Both the position numbers and the translations under genes were made by a program. The notes beneath the pieces were generated by a model. That model saw nothing but the letters and a program-made list of their open reading frames with translations. It did no database searches and was not told the DNA's origin. This document shows, in pieces, positions 55,000-64,000 of a DNA stretch of 64,000 nt; the first letter of the stretch is position 1; every line of letters begins with the position of its first letter. The stretch is taken from the NCBI GenBank assembly GCA_002189035.1, contig NEEC01000002.1:2232001-2296000 (forward strand), written 5' to 3'. This DNA comes from Utricularia gibba (taxonomy: Eukaryota; Plantae; Magnoliophyta).

Positions 55000-55485
55000 C
55001 TACATCAGCGACTTGAGGGACCTTGCCTTGATCGGCTTTCGTGCACGTTTCTTGCCGATCTCCTCGTCGTCTTCTGCCTCATCGTCGTTCAGGAAATCCA
55101 AGTCCTCGGACATCATAAGGGGCCCGTAGAGTTCATGATCGTATTCGTAGCTGGATCGACCCTTCTCCTTCGCTCTCTTCTTGCCCCACCTCGGCCCGAA
55201 CCCGGCGTAGTAGTAGTAATCGTTTGGGGGAGCTTTCCTCGACCGGAGACCATGGTGACCTGCCGGCGGTGGCGGCGGTTCTTTCTGAGTTTTACCGGGT
55301 TTATCGGAGTAGATTTTAACCCGCGATAGGGGTTGGCCACCGAGAGAATCCTGGTTCGACGCCTCTCGCTGGATTTGCCAGCTTTTCCCCAGCATTTTGC
55401 TGCACATAATAGGCGACCGGCTTTCCGACGTTTCCTCCGCCGTCGTCTGACTGGGAGAATCCTCCGGGGGCCTAGCAATGCACAC
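55000..55485 (-). CDS. Uncharacterised plant protein (probably the last exon; 5' exons may lie at 55550-56100)
   Basis: 161-codon ORF with GFGPRWGKKR, an acidic tract and terminal KKRARKPIKARSLKSLM*, a C-terminus I recall from a family of uncharacterised plant proteins. The start is uncertain. Confidence 0.6.
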   Translation of the reverse strand: MCIARPPEDSPSQTTAEETSESRSPIMCSKMLGKSWQIQREASNQDSLGGQPLSRVKIYSDKPGKTQKEPPPPPAGHHGLRSRKAPPNDYYYYAGFGPRWGKKRAKEKGRSSYEYDHELYGPLMMSEDLDFLNDDEAEDDEEIGKKRARKPIKARSLKSLM

Positions 55486-57085
55486 TTCGCATCATTTTTG
55501 AACCACTATTCCGAAAAACAGTATCAATCGGCCGTAAGAAAGAAACTACCTCACCGAGTTACGACGGTAAATTACAAGACGGGCGAGATTCGAAAACCCT
55601 AATAGAATAGGAAGAAGAGATTGCGTTTTTACCGGTGAAGAAGATGGCCGGAGTCGGGAAAAACGTCGACCTGCGTAAGGAAAAATATCAACAGATTCGG
55701 TGAAATGGGAGCAAGAATCACAAAACAAAGAAGTAACCCACAGATAATTCAACTACACAAGCACAAAAAGGCAGCGTAAATCGAAGGATTTAGCAGTTTC
55801 TTTCGAAACCTAGCGGCGCCCGCGATAAGAAAACCCTAGAAAAAGCAACGGGAATGCATAAGAATATCCCCACAGATCTGCCCAACGGATAAGGCTTTAT
55901 CGCAGATTGATTTTCAGAAACATGAGCGGTTTCGAATCCAAGAAACCTACCCCTGGAGACGGCGGTTCCAAAGAAAACGACGGCGGCGAGAATCGTCCGG
56001 CATCCCACAACGACTGATTCAGCTGGCACACGTGAGTCTGAACCGGTTCCACATGACACGGCGTCGCATAGGCCGAGGGAGAAATCTTCGCGTTTCGCCG
56101 TATCCGCATTTTGCCGCCGGAGAAGACAACCCTCGCTTTAGTGCGCGTCCGTGGAGTCGTGTCGCATATATATGTATCTCTGTATGTATAGGTCTAGTGA
56201 GCTCGTGCGTATAGGTGTATTTTTGGTTAAATTTAAATAAAATAGGAGTATACCCTTAAAAGATTTCCCATTTATTAATTCTTGACCAATGTTTTATATT
56301 TTATACTACATTGAATTTGATTCAATAATTTTTTATTATATATAAATATTTTTAAAAAATAAAAATAATTATTGAATAGATTACAAATATTTTTTTATTA
56401 TGATTTTAAAATTATTGTGGTGATGTGTCACGGGACCCACCCTTCCCACCGCCAGTTCACCCCTTTGCATATTACCCATTTACCCTTCTCTTTATTTCAT
56501 TTTTTGGTGAACGGCGCGCTGACCTGCATATATTTAGTTTTCTTTGGTATTAAGTCGTCGTGAGGGTATATTGGTGTTTTCAACTTTGTACACCGGATTT
56601 CTAATCCCCAAATGGGACCCACTTTCATGAAACAATGCCTAGTGGAATTAGCCAAGCTGGCGGGGGCGCAAACGAGACGAGACTATGAATTTTTTTACAT
56701 TTAAATGAATTAAAAAAATTTATATAAAATAATGTCTTTTCTAAGATTCAAGGCTGTTTTTTTCTTTTATTTTAAAAATTATAAGGAAAATATTTCATTT
56801 ATTTAGAAGTTATTGAATAATGGCAGTATTTACAGGCTGTCGCCGCGGTAGCGGACGAGTAACGGTCACTTGCTTTATGTGAGGCATAAACCCAAAAAAC
56901 TCCATCGCAATCGAACACTCGACCGTTACTCAGACTTGGTATCTTCTTCACGCTCCATTTCTTTCTTTTCTTCAAAACGGATGGGCGCGATTCTTCTGCT
57001 CTTCTTCCTCTGTTACGATGTATAAGGAACGGACGGAGTAGAGATTATTCCTGGTTTTTTTCTGGTTCTTTCTTTGGGTTTAAGT

Positions 57086-58688
57086 ATGGGGTGCTTTCTT
57101 GGATGTTTTGGTGGAGAAAAGGAACTCGGTCGCCGCAAGCAGGGAATTGATCGGCCAGATCGGCGAACGCAAGTGAGTTCGATCGATTGATTTGATTGAT
57201 ATTTGTCATTCTTTTTTCGCTGAGTTCGTGTTAGCAACTTCCTGAATTTGTTCGTACATTTTCCTGTTGGTTTTGGTTGTTTGAGGTGAAAGAGCTTTTG
57301 ATTCGAGTTTTATACCTGTGATTATTTTGATGGGTTAACTCCAGGATGAGTTACTGAAAGTTAGTTTCTCTCGATATACAGAGGGATAAGGTTGGGAACG
57401 GCGCTGAGAGAAGAGTTGTGGTTACTTCTGAATTGACAACGCAGCAGCAGACAGATTTCCAATTACAGCAAACAGTCGCGCCAACGAAATCCACCGAAGT
57501 GGTTCCAGAGTTACCGTAAGAACATATATGTATATTTGATTCTTCTCCTTCAGAAGTTGAAACTTCGCTAAATGGTTTAGAATCTTTAACTTCGTGTTTT
57601 GGAAACTCTTGGGTTCTTTTGTTGTTTTTGTTCAGCAGCTCATAATGTTTTCTGTTGTAGAAACAAACCTGATGTGGTGGAGCAACTAACCTCGAGCCCT
57701 AAGAAAAGAGTCACATTCAATGCAAATGTCACCACATACGAGCCTCTTCCTGACCATGGCCTTGTTGAAGAGAAGGTTGAAGATTTCAAAACATTGGTAC
57801 AAGCCAGTTCGATAGCGGAAGAGGAGAACTCCGTCTCGTCAAGTGTTGCATCCTCATACCCTCCAAATCACAGGTACCATAATGCAAGAGACAGTGATGA
57901 TGAAGCTGAGTATAGCCATGATGACTTGGACGATTTAGAAGATGATCTAGAAGACTTTGATGAAGATGATGAGGATCTTAGGAATTCGAAGAGTGATTTT
58001 AAGTCCGAATCAGATATAACGTCTTCCGTGGAATCAAGCACTGGAAATATGGCCCAGAAATCTTCCACCAAGAGTTCAGTTCTGGCTCCAGTGGAGAACA
58101 CGGCTCAGTGGAAAGCCGCAGTGTTGGGTGGGATCAGTAAACTGCAGCCGGAGAAAGAGAACTTGGAATCTAATATCAAGTCTTTCAAAAGCAAAACTCA
58201 AGAAGTATCAGTCGATGCTAGTCTTTCAAGTTGGCTGGCATCTCCTGCACTCCCAGGATCCAAGAAGACTAGTTTCAGTGGCTTGGACTCTACTCCAACA
58301 GCCAATTCAGATGGGCGCAGTTCTCGAATGTCCTTAGAGGACAGGCCAATTTTAGGTGCATTGACAGTTGAGGAGCTTAGGCAGATATCAGCGTCTCCCT
58401 CCGGAAAGAAGTCTCCCAGCAAGAGCCCTGATGAAGTACCGATAATAGGAAGCGTTGGAAGCTACTGGAGTGACTCAGGATCAGCGAAGGGCTCTCGTTC
58501 ACCTATCCCTTTCAATGGAGTACCGAACACAACAAGCAAGTACAGAGAGGTACTGCATAGATTATAAAAGCTTTACGTTCTTTTCTTGCTATGGAACCTG
58601 TCACTAGTGCTCATACATTCCACAGGATCAAAGAGTCCAGTGGCACTCCACTCCTTTCGAGGCAAGATTGCATCGAGTTCTTGGTTGA
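57086..58688 (+). CDS. JASON-family-related protein (MGC-start), 4 exons
   Basis: MGCFLGCFG N-terminus, KKRVTF, YPPNHRY, EVSVDASLSSWL, DRPILGALT, SPDEVPIIGSVGSYW and GVPNTTSKYRE|DQRVQWHSTPFEARL. The exons splice in frame. Confidence 0.8.
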
Positions 58689-59205
58689 CATCGCTGCTGC
58701 TCAAACTTCAAGGTTGAGGAATTTTTTTTTTTAAATGATACCCCTCCCCTGTTGGTTGGTCCAGTCTGCTGTCTTATGTAGTCCCTGCGTTGTTTCAGTG
58801 GCTGCTGCCTATGGATTCTGCCTCTGCTATTTCTCCTGCATGTTTTATTGTCTTGTTCAATATGGTTTGAATCATACGCTTGTTTCTTTATAAGAAAGCA
58901 GAACTCATATATTGGATTGCAGAACATGTAAGCTTTCCTGCTGTTAGCAGCAACGTCTCTACTCTCCAATGCACCCTGCAACCACAGTAACTGCTTTCCA
59001 CATACTTCACAAAGATTCAACGATACAAAGAAAATGAGAGTTCATTGCGTATCTCGAAACCAGTGATCCATAAGTCTTCATCACACAAGTGTGAAGCTCT
59101 ACATCATGGAATCCAATTTCCAAGGGATGCAGTCATCGAGAAGAATATCAATACAGCTTTTTCATGAGGTTAACTCCAGCCCCAACATGTCTGAACTTAT
59201 GGCAT

Positions 59206-60968
59206 CTAAAGGGTGACTGGAGAAGAATCGTTCCCCTTTCGACGCTTCGGCGACGGCGCAGCATCTGTACATGCCTTGATGCATTCCACAGGCAGTGTAT
59301 CTTGCTCCTCTTCAGCTACCTGAGAAGTCTCCTGATATTCTTTGGCCAGGTCTCCACACTCTGTCTCCTTGGCATCAGATTTCTCTCCTAATTTGTCAGA
59401 AGAATCTGGCAGGGGATCCTTTATCTTCATCCCTTTAAAAGGATTCTCAGAGTCATCACTGGAAGCCCCTTTCACCGAATCAATACCTGACATGCACTGC
59501 TTCTCAAACATCATCTGCAGGTATCTCCCCTGCTCTTCTATCCGGAGCTGCATGTTTCTTTGTATCTGCAAAAGAAACGAAGAAGATGATCAAACCCCCC
59601 TGATCTCTATTGCAACCATCAATTCAACTCTTTTAACACCTCAAGTTGTTCATGTAGGCGTTTCTGAACCTCCATCTGCAATCGCAAAGCTTCCGAAAGG
59701 TCAATGCTCCTGCTTTTCAGAAAAAATATGAGTTGAGAAGAATCCAATGGTCATTGATTAGAAGCATAACATGGAGCAACAGACTCACTCACGCTTTCAA
59801 GTCCAGTGAGGGTAACTCTTGGACAGACGCAGGCTTTTTCTCTGAAGATTCTGCAGACAAAAAGATGCATCTCCTTCACACCAGAAACAAGAGTAGGTAT
59901 TTATCAAGCAACTGAATAGTCTCAAACTACCATCAGGGGTCTCCGGTTTAAATCTGGCAGTTCGGTACTTCTGCACTCCAGAAAGCATGTACAAGGAGCA
60001 GTGAGAGTGTCCCAGAGGCTATCATAAATAAACAAATGAGAAGACCAGTTCCCAGGTGGATAATTTACCTGAAGGTGGCTTTTTACATGATAGATTGTCA
60101 ATCCATCAACGTTCATCAGCTTCAGGACACCCTTTGGGGTGGCTTCTGCATTAAAGATGAAATCTTTTCAGAGGGAAAATGGGGCTAGCCAACAAACATG
60201 TTAAGCAAGGGAAATTGAAACTACTTTCACTGCCTCCAAGTTTGTTGACTGCTTCCACAAATGTCTCATGCAATTCTGGAGTCCACCGCATTCGCTGCTT
60301 TGGTAAGGCAGCAGCCGGAGATGCTGATTGGCCATTGCTGTTGCTTGGTTCACCAGGTCCTCCTGGAGGCTGCTGAATCGAGATCTTCACCAGCGGTTTG
60401 GGAGCCTGTTTGTTGCAACAGAAGTTTTCCAGTTTTAAAGAAGGCGGCCATGTCAGAAAGTCATTCAGCTGCAAAACTCCAACTCCATCCAACCAAACAG
60501 ACCCTAAGAAATACACTACAGCACAGAACTGGTACTCAAAGGAATTACCTCCACTTGTTCTAAACTTGGAGCTTTTGCATCGACAAGAAGCCCGCTCCAA
60601 TCAACAGCTACTGCATCATTATCAGTTATAAGAAGCTGATCAGCCCATTCCTGCCAATCATTTGACTTGCTCAGGTCCTCAAATGCAACAGCAATCTCAT
60701 CACTGCCCTGCAAGGAATGGCTCATGGGAGTCTCAAGAACATCAGGAAACCGGTCTGTGGACCAAGAGCCTTGATTCAAAAGGTTGGATTGAAGAACTCT
60801 TGAATCTGCACACTGGGGCAATACAACTGATTCCCCTCCACTCTTCAACTGAGAGATGAAAGCAGATTCCCTTAGATGCTTCTCAGGTTGTCGAATCGAT
60901 GAAGTATGAAGATCAGTTGAAAATCCAGCACATGATGAAAAAATATGCCCAACTGGTTTAGCCTCCAT
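59206..60968 (-). CDS. PHR1: MYB-CC transcription factor PHR1-like (phosphate starvation response), multi-exon
   Basis: [55 protein letters not shown]|[26 protein letters not shown]|KYRTAR and coiled coil [18 protein letters not shown]|[23 protein letters not shown]. Confidence 0.9.
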
Positions 60969-61070
60969 GTTATGCACAGGTAATTCAGTGCAGGATGTTT
61001 AAACCAGACCAGCCCAGCTCCCATATCCACCTTCTCTTAACTTCCTGACACAACCAGGCAATGAATCCAT
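60872..61070 (-). promoter_or_regulatory. Upstream ORFs in the PHR1-like 5' leader
   Basis: uORF 61070-60999 (MDSLPGCVRKLREGGYGSWAGLV*) and an out-of-frame ORF 61024-60872 (50 aa) that overlaps the main ATG. Both lie downstream of the 5'UTR intron acceptor at about 61103. Confidence 0.55.
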
Positions 61071-62429
61071 CCCTCCAGGCGATAAAGAGAGGCGAATCCT
61101 AAAAGGAAACATACCAAGGAACAGCTGATCACAAAGTATCAAAGTGAACTTTATGTAAATGAATGGAAACATTAAACAATACAAATCTTAGATGCCAAGA
61201 AAAGAGATTTATATTGAAAAATAAGACGCTTTTTCTTGTAAAAAAGCGGTCACTAGCATCGAAAACTTTCATCTTTTTGGTGTTGCAGACTCAGGGGGGT
61301 CGTTCACCTAATACCCGGAACCTAAAGATATTTATGTAAACACGAAGGTGAAATAAAATCCGTTGGGATCAGAAGTCCGAGGAAAGGTCTATTCATTCAA
61401 CTGGGATCAAAATTCAGCACCAAAACCCATTCTATCCTACACCAGAAATCACCAAAATGCAGAAATACCAACGGACAGGATTCCGACGAGGCGCATCCTT
61501 CCACAATCGGAAACAGCGAGGGAAGAACAAACGCGATAGCATCATGGACAAGCATATAAAAACAGAGAGAGAGAGAGAGAAGGATTCAGTACCTTGAAAT
61601 CCGCCAGATCAACTGCAACCAACGGTGCAAACACGCTACTTTCAGAGTCACGTCCTAGATCATCAATACCAAGATTGCGTTCCGGGAGAAGTACACGTGC
61701 TTGGCGGCGCCGGATTTTGCACCGCGGCAACCAGGATCGTATGGTGTCGAGTGCCCGTCCCTTTCTTTTCACCCTCCTCCCAATTATTCCCATCTGGAAT
61801 CGCGTGCAAACGAGTGCATGCACGCGCCCAATTTTGTCTCATCGGGTCAATTACGCACATGATAGTGCACATGGAAGCGCCGTGAAGGAACGCGCTATGG
61901 GTGCGCGCGGGGAGAATGGTCAACAAAAGTAGGGCCTTTTCGCGCCCCTTAAAAGACACTAGCGGTGTAGGTCCCATTTCTTGCTTCTTATTGGTTGTTT
62001 GCCTGCATGGGACCCGTTGCGCGCGCCTTGGCAAAACCCAATGGGCTTTTTTGGGCAACCCCCACAACTGTACCTTAATTGTTAATGGGCTTTTAGGAGG
62101 AGACCTTTTAGAGGCTCAATAACAATGGGGTGAAGTGGAGCCCACTCTCAGCAGGTACTTTGCTTGTTTTGACAACCTTACATAATAAAGTTTAATTAAT
62201 TATATATTTAAATTATTTGTGCTTAAATAAATAAAAAATTACCTAGTGTTTTCTTCTGAATGTGATTTGAGAAACGCATCTACCAAACATGCATTATTCG
62301 CAAAAATAGGTTTGTTTAAGTATTTAAATACTCCTTCCAACATGATATATCATTCTTTTGCACCAATGCAATATTGGGTATTACACTAGAAAAAGGGGGC
62401 TGATGGAGTCAACAAAGATGGCATGCTCC

Positions 62430-64000
62430 TCATTTTTGGGAGCCCCAGTGCACCAAAATGGGGCTTTGTACTCTGTAATGGCTGCTCTTGTCCACCCATG
62501 CCAGATACCCCTGGCTGTACATTTCATCATTGGCGCCTTGCGTGACTGTTTTCTTTGATACAAACCATGCTCTGTAAGTCAGAGTTTGATTTGTACTCTG
62601 GAATCTAAGATGGGGAGGTGTGAGTTTTATGCTGACCCCCTCAAGTGCTGTTGTTTCCACTGAGTAGACAGAATTGGGGACTCCCACATTTGTCACCCTT
62701 CTTTGCAGCATCTTTCTTGTCTCTCCATTGCTGAAGATGACAGAAAGTGAAGGATAGTTGAGGCTGAATCCCCTGTTCTTTAGCAGAATCTCATGGCAAC
62801 TTATGCTCCTTTGTGTGATGCTGAGCCAAGTGAGCACAGGTGAGTTACATAATCTTCAGGTTTTCTGTCATAGATCAGCCCTGGGTCCATGGCTCTTCCA
62901 GGATTCACATGTCCTGCTCCCATTGCCAGAACATCAGCTGGTTTGGTTCCATCCATTATGGGCTGTCCTCGATGATCTGTGGCATCTGCTGTTGTCATGA
63001 ATGCAGATTTTACAGCAGCCGGAGACCAGTGTGGATGAGACGAATGAACGAGAGCTGCTAGTCCACTGAGATGGGGGCAGGACATGGAAGTTCCAGACAT
63101 GACAGTGAAGTTAACTCTTCTAGTGTCTTCTGGAAGGCCGGTTGGCCCCAGATTCTGTGGCCATGCAGCTATAATGTTCACTCCTGGAGCAATCATGTCT
63201 GGTTTGAGCACTGAGGGGTCTGCGTAGCTCGGCCCTCTAGACGAAAACTGAGCTACTGCCGGTGCTCGTGCTTTTCCAATGGAAGTTCCTCCAAATATGA
63301 TCCTTGCTCTGGGAGCTGCAGTTCTGTTTATGTAACTCTTAAACTGAACAGATTCATCATATCCGATCATTGTTGCGGGCAGGATGTGCACATCCACAGA
63401 GTCTTCCTCCAGGTTTATCTCGGTGTTGGCAAGAATCATGGCAACTCCTCCGGCTTCCTTTACGGCCTGTCCTTTCTCAGCTCGGCCATTAACGCCCCTG
63501 TCACAGACAACCATCTTGCCCTGTACTTGAGCCCTTGGAAGTGATCCTCTTAGGCATAGTTCTCTCCCATGGTTGCCTCCTGATAAGTAGACCAACTCAA
63601 GTTCTGTTTCAGCTCCGGGAAGCCCGTTCCCTGGATACATGGATTCTCCATACAGAAGTTTGCCGTTTCTCAGCCGCACTACGGCTGCGAACCTTCTGTC
63701 AAGTGTGCTTGCACCAACAGTGGCTACCCATGGTGCTCCGTTGGTGACTGATCCGTGGGTTGGTCCATTGTTTCCGGCAGAACATATCACCGATATTCCA
63801 TGCTCCATTGCTCCAAAGCTTCTGGTGGCAATGATGTCCTCGTAGAGAGGCACAGGGAAACCACCCAGGGAAAGTGAGAGCACATCCACTCCATCAACAA
63901 TGGCGGCGTCCATTGCTGCAAGAATGTCTGAGCTGTAGCAGCCACTGAACCAACAGACCTTGTAGACTGCAATATGTGCGCCAGGGGCCATTCCTCTAGC
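62430..64000 (-). CDS. SDD1: Subtilisin-like protease SBT1.2 / STOMATAL DENSITY AND DISTRIBUTION 1 (3' part; 5' end outside window), frameshifted before the C-terminal Fn-III-like domain
   Basis: ARGMAPGAHIAVYKVCWF, SAGNNGP, CDRGVNGRAEKG, ANTEINLEEDSVDVH and catalytic-Ser motif SGTSMSCPH closely follow the recalled SDD1 sequence. After YVTHLCSLG the frame shifts (62823-62824), and SITQRSISC...FSLNYPS...RRVTNVG...QSPI continues in another frame to the stop at 62430. Confidence 0.9.

Noticed and set aside
62384-62400. CACTAGAAAAAGGG resembling a CACTA transposon end (also CACTAG near 5032)
   Set aside because: No matching inverted terminus, subterminal repeats or 3-bp TSD found.

Overview
Gene-dense window of a eudicot nuclear genome with short introns, GC-rich exons and very AT-rich spacers. 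It holds about 22 protein-coding genes plus several degraded ones in 64 kb. The compactness suggests a small asterid genome such as Lentibulariaceae, but that is inference only. Gene order: CC-type glutaredoxin (ROXY6-9/CEPD-like), TIR1 auxin receptor, NET3-like, AGP26-like, tRNA-Pro(AGG), His-rich prolamin/2S-albumin-superfamily protein, MIRO GTPase, TIC/TKL-like, FLZ8/MARD1-like, GPI-anchored nsLTP, Ole e 6-like, 2OG-Fe(II) oxygenase, FORKED1-like, Aux/IAA, plastid glutathione reductase, PsbW, RUS2, RHON1, ribophorin II, NECAP-like, an uncharacterised protein, a JASON-family-like protein, PHR1-like, and the 3' part of SDD1/SBT1.2 subtilase. Main findings: (1) SDD1 carries an approximately 19-nt frameshifting deletion; (2) the miR393 site of TIR1 has two synonymous mismatches at miRNA positions 5 and 11; (3) there are pseudogenes the ORF track misses (BI1-like/BIL4, pfkB kinase, a second FLZ remnant, possibly a second LTPG); (4) the FLZ protein has lost its zinc-finger cysteines; (5) PHR1 has uORFs and a short N-terminus; (6) recurrent 1-bp deletions in G/C runs (two in TIR1, one in PsbW, perhaps one in NET3) look like assembly errors, so all frameshift calls need read-level checking. 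There are no CRISPR arrays or prokaryotic systems, and I found no evidence for a wholly new multi-gene system. Exon coordinates were read by eye, and family assignments come from recalled protein motifs, not database searches.
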